From contig JAPLXD010000013.1 in NCBI GenBank assembly GCA_026396255.1, positions 1 to 43,703 of the forward strand: a stretch of DNA of 43,703 nucleotides. Reading direction: 5' to 3'. Source of the DNA: Candidatus Moraniibacteriota bacterium. GTDB taxonomy: Bacteria > Patescibacteriota > Minisyncoccia > Moranbacterales > UBA11712. Made by a program: the position numbers and the translations under genes. Position 1 is the stretch's first letter. Every line of letters begins with the position of its first letter. Below are positions 1 through 8,180 of this stretch, piece after piece. A model generated the notes under the pieces. The model saw nothing but the letters and a program-made list of their open reading frames with translations. It did not search any database and was not told the DNA's origin.

Positions 1-1
1 A

Positions 2-91
2 GCATATAAGATGATCGGAGAAGGAAAAATAACAGATGGACAAACATTAGCATCGCTTGCAATAGCAAGAAAGTATTTATTGAAAACTTGA
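2..91 (+). CDS. 3' end of a gene entering the window, probably a NUDIX hydrolase (ADP-ribose pyrophosphatase-like)
   Basis: Frame 2 reads AYKMIGEGKITDGQTLASLAIARKYLLKT*; the 'MI..G.I.D..T...L' tail resembles NudF-type C-termini. Confidence 0.5.
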   Translation, partial: AYKMIGEGKITDGQTLASLAIARKYLLKT

Positions 92-92
92 T

Positions 93-129
93 TAGGTTAT
101 GCGACACACGTAGTATGTCTTATAACCTA
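93..129. repeat. 37-bp imperfect palindrome
   Basis: TAGGTTATGCGACA-N9-TGTCTTATAACCTA, 12/14 complementary. Confidence 0.6.
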
Positions 130-222
130 CATTGTGCGACGCTGTATATCAACCCAGACTCCGCTTCCCTCCCAAAAATATTGGGAAAATAGAATATAAT
201 AAAAAGTACTTTTTTCCAAATC

Positions 223-254
223 AAAGACCCCCGCTCTATCTTGGCGGGGGCTTG
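223..254 (-). terminator. Probable intrinsic terminator downstream of iscU
   Basis: CCCCCGC-N9-GCGGGGG stem followed by T-rich sequence on the minus strand. Confidence 0.55.
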
Positions 255-286
255 TTTGTTTGTCTAGGTACGTATATATAGAAAAA

Positions 287-727
287 TTATTTTTTCTTTT
301 TTGTCTTTTTTGCCGCTTTTGCGGCCAACTCCCGCGCCTTGGTCTTCGATCCAGCTTTTGACCTATAATCCTCAATGGCTCGCTTCAAGGCGCCTTCGGC
401 GAGGTTTGAGCAATGCATCTTGGCGGGTGGAAGTCCTTCAAGCTCGTCAGCCACGTTCTGGCGCGAAATTTTGAAAGCGTCGTCCAAACTTTTTCCTTTG
501 GCCATTTCGGTGACCATGGACGATGTCGCGATCGCGGCGGCGCAACCCAAGGTTTCAAATTTGATGTCGGAAATAATTTCCTTGTTCTTGTTTTTTTTGA
601 CTTTGATATAGACCGTCATGATGTCGCCGCATTTGGGATTGCCGACCGTGCCGAAACCATCCGGATTTTTCATCGATCCCTGATTCTTCGGCTTCATGAA
701 GTATTGCATGACTTTTTTGGAATACAT
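287..727 (-). CDS. iscU: Fe-S cluster scaffold protein IscU/NifU-like
   Basis: MYSKKVMQYF start, NPKCGD, GCAAAIA and KMHCSNL (three conserved Cys); start moved to ATG 727 because the longer ORF runs through a repeat. Confidence 0.92.
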   Translation of the reverse strand: MYSKKVMQYFMKPKNQGSMKNPDGFGTVGNPKCGDIMTVYIKVKKNKNKEIISDIKFETLGCAAAIATSSMVTEMAKGKSLDDAFKISRQNVADELEGLPPAKMHCSNLAEGALKRAIEDYRSKAGSKTKARELAAKAAKKTKKKK

Positions 728-733
728 ATTTTG

Positions 734-814
734 GTATATAGTATTTAGTATCTGGTATTTAGTATATCGTCTCAAAAAAATAAAATACTAAATACAAAAT
801 ACAAGATACTAAAT
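734..814. repeat. Inverted pair of heptamer arrays (GTATYWN / NWRATAC)
   Basis: GTATATA GTATTTA GTATCTG GTATTTA GTAT (734-765) facing AAAATAC TAAATAC AAAATAC AAGATAC TAAAT (782-814). Confidence 0.8.
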
Positions 815-2011
815 TTATTTCCCTGCAATCTTGCGGAGTCTGTCGATTACTTTTTTCAGCGTATCGACAAAAAAATCAATTTCTTGTTTGGTCGTGTATT
901 TTCCCAATGTCACGCGAAGACTGCCGTGACTTTCTTCTTCTGAAATTCCAATGGCGGTCAAAACGTGGGATGGACGAAGGTCTCCGGATGAGCAGGCGCT
1001 GCCGGTCGAGACGGCGATCCCTTCCATATCCAGTCCCAGAAGCATCCCCTCGCCTTCCACGTCACGGAAAATAAAATTGGCGTTGTTGGGAATTCTTTTT
1101 ATCTTTGATCCGTTGATCTTCGCGCCCTTGATTTCTTTTGTCACGCGGACAAATATATGGTCGCGCAATTTTTCCACAATCTTATAATTCCGGGCTCTTT
1201 CCTGCTGGGCGATTTCAAGCGCGGCTCCGAAACCGACGATGCCCGGAACATTGAGTGTCCCGGCGCGCATGCCAGATTCGTGCCCTCCACCGTCCTGGAT
1301 TCTTTTGAGAGGCGTGCCTTTTCGGACAAAGAGAATCCCGACGCCTTTCGGTCCGTATATTTTGTGCGCCGAAGCAGTGAGAAGGTCGACTCCGAGGCTC
1401 TCGACTTTGCAGTCGATATAATTCACAGCCTGCACGGCGTCGGTGTGGAAAATAATTTTTGCTTCGCGGCCGATATTTTCTTTCGCAATCAATTTCCCGA
1501 TTTCTTTAATGGGTTGAATAGTGCCGATCTCGTTGTTGGCGTACATGATGGAAATCAAGGCTGTGTTTGGCTTGATATTCTTTTTGACTTCGTTCACGCT
1601 TACGAGCCCGTCTTTTCCGATCGAAATAAAAGTCACCTCGGCCATCCCCTGCTCTTCCAATTTTTTGCAGGAATTCAAAACGCAGGAATGTTCGAATTGC
1701 GTGGTGATGATGTGTGGCTTGATTTTCCTCTGGCTGAAATGTGAGACAATGGCTATCATCTCTCCCTTGGTCGCAAAATTATTGCTCTCCGTCGCGCCGG
1801 AAGTGAAAACAATCTCTCCGGCTTCGCAGCCGAAAAAATCCGCGGCCTGAACGCGCGCTTTTTCCACGGCTTCGCTCGCCTCTCTTCCGAAGGAATGCAT
1901 GGACGACGGATTGCCGAATTTTCCGGAAAAATAGGGTTTCATCACCTCAAAAACCCGCGGGTCGACGGGGGTGGTGGATGCATAATCAAGATATATTTTT
2001 CGTTTTGCCAT
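815..2011 (-). CDS. iscS: Cysteine desulfurase IscS/NifS
   Basis: IYLDYASTTP, HTDAVQA, SAHKIYGPKG (PLP lysine), STGSACSS (catalytic Cys); adjacent to iscU. Confidence 0.95.
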   Translation of the reverse strand: MAKRKIYLDYASTTPVDPRVFEVMKPYFSGKFGNPSSMHSFGREASEAVEKARVQAADFFGCEAGEIVFTSGATESNNFATKGEMIAIVSHFSQRKIKPHIITTQFEHSCVLNSCKKLEEQGMAEVTFISIGKDGLVSVNEVKKNIKPNTALISIMYANNEIGTIQPIKEIGKLIAKENIGREAKIIFHTDAVQAVNYIDCKVESLGVDLLTASAHKIYGPKGVGILFVRKGTPLKRIQDGGGHESGMRAGTLNVPGIVGFGAALEIAQQERARNYKIVEKLRDHIFVRVTKEIKGAKINGSKIKRIPNNANFIFRDVEGEGMLLGLDMEGIAVSTGSACSSGDLRPSHVLTAIGISEEESHGSLRVTLGKYTTKQEIDFFVDTLKKVIDRLRKIAGK

Positions 2012-2062
2012 ATGATATTATACTATCGCGATGAGGAGTTTCTTGCAAGAAACACATATTGA

Positions 2063-2683
2063 TCAAAATGGAACTTCGGCATCGCATCCGTCGTCGCAGT
2101 CGCAGCAGTCGTCGCCATCTTCACGAAATTTATCACCGAAATTGAAATCGAAATGTTCCAGATAGCGGGCGGGCATATTTTTGTATCTGGGAATCGTGAT
2201 CATTTTTTTGGCCTCTGTCGCCCATGCTTCTTTATAATCCATCTCATCTTTGATTTTTTGCAATTCATCCTTTTCCGCAAAATAAAAATCTTCCATCCAA
2301 TTGTGTTTCCATTCTTCTTGTTTGTTTTTGTGCGTGGCTAAAACCTTTTCGTGCACTTTTCCTTCCAGCGCGGATTTCTCCAAGTCTAACTTGATTTCCT
2401 CGACTTTCATCAACAGATCTTCAATGCGCCTTTCCCGCTCTCTGATCAGCTCACACAGCAGGAACTCTTGCTCTTCTTTTTCATTAGTCGGCTGATAATA
2501 GAACATCTCGCATTCTTCGAGTGCCATTTCGGCATAGGCATTTTTCTCGGGATCTTTTACAGTCTTGATGAATTTTTCGATCTTACCTATCGCCTCTTTT
2601 GTGCCGGCATGCGCCAGTTTTTGCAGTTCGGCGGGCGCAAATTCCGCCACCGACACTGCGCTTGTGTTTGATTTTTTTGACAT
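2063..2683 (-). CDS. Hypothetical helical/coiled-coil protein with acidic Cys-rich tail
   Basis: Long E/K-rich ORF; ATG 2683 avoids overlap with the upstream gene; ends DDCCDCDDGCDAEVPF. Confidence 0.7.
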   Translation of the reverse strand: MSKKSNTSAVSVAEFAPAELQKLAHAGTKEAIGKIEKFIKTVKDPEKNAYAEMALEECEMFYYQPTNEKEEQEFLLCELIRERERRIEDLLMKVEEIKLDLEKSALEGKVHEKVLATHKNKQEEWKHNWMEDFYFAEKDELQKIKDEMDYKEAWATEAKKMITIPRYKNMPARYLEHFDFNFGDKFREDGDDCCDCDDGCDAEVPF

Positions 2684-2723
2684 AGTTTTGAGTTTATTGA
2701 TTATTCCTTTAATGATACTTTTT

Positions 2724-3038
2724 TCAACCCCAAAAACATCCAAATTTGTCTTTTTCAATCATATTCAGTACATTTTTGAAAGATTTATATCCCCCGTAAA
2801 ATTCCCATTTCCCGGAAGCTCGCATCCAAAAGAGTTTCCACCTGCCGGAAATTTTAACAAAAGTCATTTTTGCTACCGAAAGTTTTGTCCACGGCTTCGC
2901 ACTGCCGTCCCAAGTCGGTCGGGTTTCGTACAAAATATAGCTATTCCCCGATTTTTCCGCGACATTTTGAATCTTGTCTGCCACGTGTTCCGGAACTTTG
3001 AATTTTTCTTCGATTTTTTGGATAGTAGGGTCGGTCAT
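2724..3038 (-). CDS. DUF3024-like protein
   Basis: YETRPTW, VAKMTFVK..GRWKLFWMRASGKWEFY and DKFGCFWG match the remembered DUF3024 pattern. Confidence 0.75.
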   Translation of the reverse strand: MTDPTIQKIEEKFKVPEHVADKIQNVAEKSGNSYILYETRPTWDGSAKPWTKLSVAKMTFVKISGRWKLFWMRASGKWEFYGGYKSFKNVLNMIEKDKFGCFWG

Positions 3039-3097
3039 ATTAGTTTATCAAAATTATTTTTCAACTTTATTTCCCAACACCCGATATTGAGAGGCGA

Positions 3098-4348
3098 TTA
3101 TTTGCTGGAAGCCCTTTTCGCGATGCCTGTCCATTCCGCGGACGGTGCTTGATAAAGAAAAGCCACTATCGCATCCCGTTTGTAGCCCCTTTTCTCCATA
3201 TCGTCGATTCCTTTAATCCATTTTTTTATGTCTTTTTTGAATCCATCATCCAAAGCATATTCAACTACTTGATTAATTTGTTCCGGATTATAACGCAGCG
3301 GATAATTGACAGACCATTTGTAGTTTTCTTTTATCGCTTTTTCAATTTGGCCAGCGAAGAGCGGAATATTCTTTTCAATATATTTTCTGAAATGAGGCAT
3401 ATAAAAACCTGACAACACTTTATAGAGTGATGCCGTAGAACAGCCTCCTTTATATTGAGCTATTGTTTCATCTCTCATCAACTTGTCTAATCCAAAATAT
3501 TCACGCGAGGCCTTTGCAGTAATTTTCATAAATTCAGTCAAATATTCTTTTGTATCCGGAGTTAACTTAGGTAAAAGTCTCAGACTATCAGAATATAGTC
3601 GAGTGGGTATAAAAAGTTTATTGAGCTGATGTTGTTCTTCATGGATCATTGTGCTCGTGTCATCTTCTTTGGAGCCAGTAAATTTTCCAATAGTGACCAA
3701 CTCATTCAACTCTGTATTTTTCATATTCGAAAAAGCCAACCCTTGGGTATTGCTATTTCCGGTTATGGTTGCTAAATCATCTTCTGTCAACATTTGAAAT
3801 CTGGAAATTGTTTGATGATGAAAAGCGCGTTCATAGTCAATTGGGTTGCAATAAAAATGCAGGGAGATGGGAGTTCGTAATACCTTAACTAATCCCTTGG
3901 GATTGAGCCCGAATACGACATGGAATAATTCTGCGTCATCGGGATATCTTAACCGATAGCTCTCAACTATTTTATGTCTTCTTTCATATTCGTTTGCAGC
4001 ATGTTCGAAATTTTCCAGTTGGTTTTCAGTGAGCCTGAAGCGCGGTGCCCCTTTCTGTACTAATGCGAAAAGATCTTTTCCCTGAATGTCGGGATTTTTG
4101 TGAATGGCATCGTTCATATCGATAATTGTCTTTGCAGTGCCCGCCTCTTGGTGAGTCAATTCCAGTTTGAATTCTTCCAACCATGTTTTTTTGAGTTCAA
4201 GCCTTTCATTCAGCGGCATGTCTTTTCGCTCTTTCAACGTCTCCTGAATTTTATGAAGCTCTTCCTTTGGATCAAAAGGAATGTAATCTTTCGCAGCATA
4301 TTCTTCTGACTCTGGCATTGCTATGGGTTCTTGCTCAAGTTTTTTCAT
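3098..4348 (-). CDS. Hypothetical protein with HExxH motif (possible zinc metallopeptidase)
   Basis: 416-aa ORF containing MIHEEQHQ and a downstream RDETIA; visibly AT-richer than its neighbours. Confidence 0.65.
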   Translation of the reverse strand: MKKLEQEPIAMPESEEYAAKDYIPFDPKEELHKIQETLKERKDMPLNERLELKKTWLEEFKLELTHQEAGTAKTIIDMNDAIHKNPDIQGKDLFALVQKGAPRFRLTENQLENFEHAANEYERRHKIVESYRLRYPDDAELFHVVFGLNPKGLVKVLRTPISLHFYCNPIDYERAFHHQTISRFQMLTEDDLATITGNSNTQGLAFSNMKNTELNELVTIGKFTGSKEDDTSTMIHEEQHQLNKLFIPTRLYSDSLRLLPKLTPDTKEYLTEFMKITAKASREYFGLDKLMRDETIAQYKGGCSTASLYKVLSGFYMPHFRKYIEKNIPLFAGQIEKAIKENYKWSVNYPLRYNPEQINQVVEYALDDGFKKDIKKWIKGIDDMEKRGYKRDAIVAFLYQAPSAEWTGIAKRASSK

Positions 4349-4410
4349 TGTATTTATAAATAGTCAGAATATATTAAAAAGAATCTTTATACAAGCCATA
4401 TTTGCAAAAG

Positions 4411-4419
4411 TTATCCACA
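4411..4419 (+). promoter_or_regulatory. Single consensus DnaA box
   Basis: Exact TTATCCACA in intergenic DNA; function unproven. Confidence 0.35.
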
Positions 4420-4474
4420 GTGTCGGTATATAATGCAATATTTCGCCATTATTTGCGTAATATTTGTTAGCCTA

Positions 4475-4503
4475 TTGACAAAACCTGATTTTGGGAGTAG
4501 TCT
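4475..4503 (+). promoter_or_regulatory. Sigma70-type promoter with no downstream sense ORF
   Basis: TTGACA (4475-4480), 17 bp spacer, TAGTCT (4498-4503). Confidence 0.65.
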
Positions 4504-4509
4504 GTAGGT

Positions 4510-4561
4510 GTAAGCTCTGGGCTTGCCCGATTTTGATCGATAACCGCCGCAAGGCGGTTTT
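4510..4561 (+). ncRNA. Putative ~50-nt structured small RNA convergent with the NYN gene
   Basis: Bounded by the promoter and an AACCGCC-GCAA-GGCGGTT-TT terminator; internal hairpins GTAAGCT/GGCTTGC and CGAT/ATCG. Confidence 0.5.
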
Positions 4562-4568
4562 CTGATTT

Positions 4569-5186
4569 TCAATGTCTGAAACCGTCGAATCTATCCATGC
4601 TTATTCTATATTCGAAATCTTCAGCAAACAAGATATCCCTTACAGCACCATCATTTTTGGCATCAAAAACTTCCCTCCCTATATGATTCCTTGCTCCAAA
4701 AACATAGCATTCTTTTCTGTATTCTTCGTACAAATATTTCATTGCGTACATCAAGTCGCCGTCCCCGGAGAACAAAATTATCGTGTCATAGTTGTCCCGT
4801 TCTTTAACCAGATCAATTGCCATCTCCACGTCCAGATCGCACTTTTTTTCAAATCCGTATTTATTATCCGCGCTGTGGATGTATTTTACCCTCTTGCTTA
4901 TCACTTCAAATCCGCCCATCTCCGCTTTTTCCAAAATCAAGCGCGACCATTCAATCAGGTGATTTGATTTTTCATTTTTTCCATAATCAGATCCATAATA
5001 AAATCTTCTTAAAAATCTTCTTCCTGTCGAAAAATTTTTGCAAAGCTTTGCGAGCTCTTTAATTCCAACTCTCCAATCAAGGCTATATTTCCACTTTTCG
5101 ACATTGCCATAGTCGACAATGATTATAACCCGATCCTGTTTTCCGGAAAATGATTCGATAAATAATTTTATTTCCTCCTTTGTCAT
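4569..5186 (-). CDS. NYN domain (LabA/DUF88, PIN-like) ribonuclease
   Basis: IIVDYGN, RFYYG, KKCDLDVEMAID and LFSGDGD acidic motifs. Confidence 0.88.
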   Translation of the reverse strand: MTKEEIKLFIESFSGKQDRVIIIVDYGNVEKWKYSLDWRVGIKELAKLCKNFSTGRRFLRRFYYGSDYGKNEKSNHLIEWSRLILEKAEMGGFEVISKRVKYIHSADNKYGFEKKCDLDVEMAIDLVKERDNYDTIILFSGDGDLMYAMKYLYEEYRKECYVFGARNHIGREVFDAKNDGAVRDILFAEDFEYRISMDRFDGFRH

Positions 5187-5314
5187 TTATTCCGCTTATT
5201 AGTTCTTTCTACTATTATCCTATCAAAAATACCCTTATTTTTCAAGTAAATAACCTCTCTTGCGAAATGTGCCGAAGAAAAGTAAGATTAAATAACCGGC
5301 GTAATAAAAATCTT

Positions 5315-6436
5315 ATGAACACTTCCTATTCAGCCCTGGACGAGTTTCGGACTTGTCCGCTGAAGTACAAATATTCCCAAATCGACCGGATCAGAACTCC
5401 CAAGTCCAAGGAGCAGTTTTTTGGGACGCTGGTCCACAACACTTTGAAACTGGTACATACACCGGGCATCCTTTCCCCTACTCCCGAACAGGCGCTGGAT
5501 TTTTTTTCCAAAAATTGGAACGCGGAAGTTTTCGCGGATGAATTCGAAGAGCGGGCGGCTTTTGCGCAGGGCGTCGGAATGATCCAGGACTATTATAAAA
5601 AAAATGATCCGGCGAAAATAAACATCGTCGATCTGGAATCGCGTTTTCAAATCGAAGTGGGAGCGGAGGACGACAAACATATCGTTTCAGGGATCATCGA
5701 CCGAATTGACAAAATTGAGGACGGGTACGAGATCATCGACTACAAAACCACCCGCAAATTGCCGTCGCAGGAAAAAGTGGACAATGATCTCCAGCTCTCA
5801 ATCTATCTGGCGGCCTTCTTGAAGCGCTATCCGAAAGAAATTGAAAATCTTGGGAAGCTAAAGGTTTCCCTTTATTATCTCAAGCATGGCGTAAAATTGA
5901 GTTCCCAGAGGACGCTGGAACAGGTCAAACAGAGCGAAGAGTTGATGATCGACCTGATCAAGCAAATCCAGGGGTCGAAATTTGAGCCGACGCTTTCCGG
6001 CCTTTGCGACTGGTGCGGCTATCAAAATATCTGTCCGATGTGGAAGCATAAATTCAAAAAGGAGGAGCAGGAAGATATCGATAGCGCCAAAATAATCGAA
6101 GAATATATCGCGCTCAAAGACGAGATCAAATCGAAATCCGACCGCATCGGCGAACTTCAGGAAAAGCTCGGCGAGTATATGGACAGAGAAAAAGTCGACC
6201 AGGTTTTTTCGGATCTGGGGCGCGTTTTGCGGACAATCAGAAAAACCTATAAATATGACAAAGATCAGCTTCGTTTGATTCTTGAGCCGCTCGACAAATG
6301 GGAAGCGGTTTTGAAGGTAGATGGGATCGCGCTCAAAAATATTCTCGGCGTCCTGCCTGCCGGTGCACGAAGAGAAGCTGAGAAAGCCAAAGTTGTCGAC
6401 AAAGAATCGAAAAGTTTCGTTGTCAAAAAGGGATGA
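5315..6436 (+). CDS. PD-(D/E)XK RecB-family/Cas4-like nuclease with Fe-S cysteines and C-terminal extension
   Basis: SYSALD.F.TCPLKY, GTLVH, GIIDRID, IIDYKT, QLSIY, CDWC..NICP; start at ATG 5315. Confidence 0.85.
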   Translation: MNTSYSALDEFRTCPLKYKYSQIDRIRTPKSKEQFFGTLVHNTLKLVHTPGILSPTPEQALDFFSKNWNAEVFADEFEERAAFAQGVGMIQDYYKKNDPAKINIVDLESRFQIEVGAEDDKHIVSGIIDRIDKIEDGYEIIDYKTTRKLPSQEKVDNDLQLSIYLAAFLKRYPKEIENLGKLKVSLYYLKHGVKLSSQRTLEQVKQSEELMIDLIKQIQGSKFEPTLSGLCDWCGYQNICPMWKHKFKKEEQEDIDSAKIIEEYIALKDEIKSKSDRIGELQEKLGEYMDREKVDQVFSDLGRVLRTIRKTYKYDKDQLRLILEPLDKWEAVLKVDGIALKNILGVLPAGARREAEKAKVVDKESKSFVVKKG

Positions 6437-6921
6437 GAAAGCGAATCAGAGATTATATAAAACAATTTTTTCTGATTGACGATACGCCCCACAAAGTCGC
6501 CGGCGGAGCGGCTCTGGGGGCTTTTCTGGGCATCACGCCCGGAGAAGGCGTGCTGTCAACACTTTTTTTGGCGTATATCTTCCGGCTGAATCGTCTCGCG
6601 GCGCTGGCCGGAGTGCTGGCGTTCAATATGTGGACAACGGTTTTGGCATTGCCTGTCGCGGCGGCTATCGGCGGATTGATCTTCCGGATCAACCCGCAAA
6701 GGCTTTCGAACGATTTCCATGAATCATTGAGTCTCGGAATCCAGTATTTGTTCAGCTGGAATGTTCTCCGCGAGACCGCTATTCCCCTTTTGGCAGGATT
6801 TATTGTCCTGGCCGGATCTATCGCAGCAGTTATTTATTTCGGACTTCTCTATCTCCTGATAAAAAGAAAAAAGCTCAAAGAAAAAGAGCATTTGTTGTCG
6901 AAAGACGGGATGAGATTGTAG
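6433..6921 (+). CDS. DUF2062-like membrane protein
   Basis: DTPHKVAGGAALGAFLGITP..G and RLNRLA; hydrophobic segments; ATGA overlap with the nuclease gene. Confidence 0.75.
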   Translation: MRKRIRDYIKQFFLIDDTPHKVAGGAALGAFLGITPGEGVLSTLFLAYIFRLNRLAALAGVLAFNMWTTVLALPVAAAIGGLIFRINPQRLSNDFHESLSLGIQYLFSWNVLRETAIPLLAGFIVLAGSIAAVIYFGLLYLLIKRKKLKEKEHLLSKDGMRL

Positions 6922-7371
6922 CTATTTGATGCAACACTTCGCGCCTTGGTATCCCCTCTGGATTGCCTCATCGGCTGATGCGAAGCAAATTTTGTTTTCC
7001 GGTTTTATTTTTTGGGCGAATTGGCAGGTCGGAAGATGATATTTGTTCGAGCTTTTACTCGCGACGAAGGCACATTTCTGGTTGTCGACCGTTGCAATAT
7101 TTTCAATCGAGGTCGGCTTGCTGTTGGCGGAAGAGTTGTTTAGGTTGTTTGTTTGAGCTTGAGTTGGGCAAGAGCTTGCGCTCGCAGCTTCGGTCGTTGC
7201 GGCTTTGTTCACGACCACTGGCTCTTGCTTGTTATTTTGTCCATGCAAATAACCGGCTTCGAAGGAAATGGCGGCAACAAGGACTATGCCGACTGCCAAA
7301 ATGATTTTTTGCTCATACTTAAGCCAAAATTTACCAGTTAGAGACTCTTTGAAACGGGATAAGATTGACAT
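6922..7371 (-). CDS. Membrane-anchored protein with C-terminal Ada-type metal-binding domain
   Basis: N-terminal TM helix, low-complexity linker, FVASKSSNKYHLPTC...FASADEAIQRGY...C. Confidence 0.75.
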   Translation of the reverse strand: MSILSRFKESLTGKFWLKYEQKIILAVGIVLVAAISFEAGYLHGQNNKQEPVVVNKAATTEAASASSCPTQAQTNNLNNSSANSKPTSIENIATVDNQKCAFVASKSSNKYHLPTCQFAQKIKPENKICFASADEAIQRGYQGAKCCIK

Positions 7372-7393
7372 TTTATAGCAAATAATCTATTAT
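7365..7393 (+). promoter_or_regulatory. Sigma70 promoter for rpmA
   Basis: TTGACA-17-TATTAT, 44 bp upstream of the ATG. Confidence 0.6.
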
Positions 7394-7436
7394 TCTATAG
7401 TAAATTAGTAAATTCTGAAACTTTTAAGTTAATTTT

Positions 7437-7709
7437 ATGGCACACAGAAAAGCAGGTGGCTCCACACAACTTGGCCGAGATTCCCAATCCAAACGCCTCG
7501 GTGTCAAAAAATACGGCGGCGAAAAAGTACAGGCCGGAAATATCATTGTTCGACAGCGCGGGACGAAATTCCGTCCGGGTGAGAACGTGAAGCGCGGCGG
7601 CGATGACACTCTTTTTGCGATGAAATCTGGAGCGGTCAAATTCGCTTCCAAAAAAATTGTTAAGTTTACCGGAAAATTGCAACGCGCGAAATTTGTAAGC
7701 GTGGAGTAA
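7437..7709 (+). CDS. rpmA: 50S ribosomal protein L27
   Basis: [32 protein letters not shown]. Confidence 0.98.
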   Translation: MAHRKAGGSTQLGRDSQSKRLGVKKYGGEKVQAGNIIVRQRGTKFRPGENVKRGGDDTLFAMKSGAVKFASKKIVKFTGKLQRAKFVSVE

Positions 7710-7758
7710 AATATTAACAGTTTCTTAATATAATAATTCCGAGTAAGGAGGTAGATTC

Positions 7759-8106
7759 ATGGAGCCCGGGTTGTATGATATCAACGGTAAGTTGGCTAAT
7801 AACCACCATGACAGACTTGACTTATTAAATGCGGTTATTCATGGCTCTCTCATGAAATTTTCCGTGTCCTATCCCTATAAAAAGGGCGATCTCGGGAGGG
7901 ACCAGGGAGAGTTTGCGTTGCATCTTCACACGCTCTCCAAGAGAAATCCGGGGAATCTTAAACCCGATGGAGGGCGTTGCGTATACTGTCTGTTCTTTGA
8001 GGGCCATTTGGTCAAAGTAAAAGGGACGCTACTTCTGGGAGGGAAGCGGGAAATCACGATGTGTTTTTGTCACAGCACCCACGACGGGAAAATCCTGGTG
8101 AAGTAA
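7759..8106 (+). CDS. Hypothetical protein (orphan)
   Basis: Strong AAGGAGGT SD upstream of ATG; followed by a terminator. Confidence 0.55.
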   Translation: MEPGLYDINGKLANNHHDRLDLLNAVIHGSLMKFSVSYPYKKGDLGRDQGEFALHLHTLSKRNPGNLKPDGGRCVYCLFFEGHLVKVKGTLLLGGKREITMCFCHSTHDGKILVK

Positions 8107-8153
8107 AGAATTTAAACATCATCATCCTCAAATCTATTGGTTAAGAGGATACT

Positions 8154-8180
8154 AAACCCTGGTGGTTTCCACCAGGGTTT
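8154..8180. terminator. Bidirectional terminator between convergent genes
   Basis: AAACCCTGGTGG-TTT-CCACCAGGGTTT perfect 12-bp stem. Confidence 0.75.

Noticed and set aside
93-129. Integron attC site
   Set aside because: GTT precedes AAC, the reverse of attC order; too short; no integrase in the window.
127-375. 82-aa minus-strand ORF
   Set aside because: Overlaps the iscU 3' end in another frame, runs through the terminator and has no recognisable motif.
4411-4419. Replication origin
   Set aside because: Only one DnaA box and no dnaA/dnaN context.
5315-6436. CRISPR-Cas locus based on the Cas4-like gene
   Set aside because: No repeat-spacer array or other cas genes; the window's repeats are palindromes without regular spacers.
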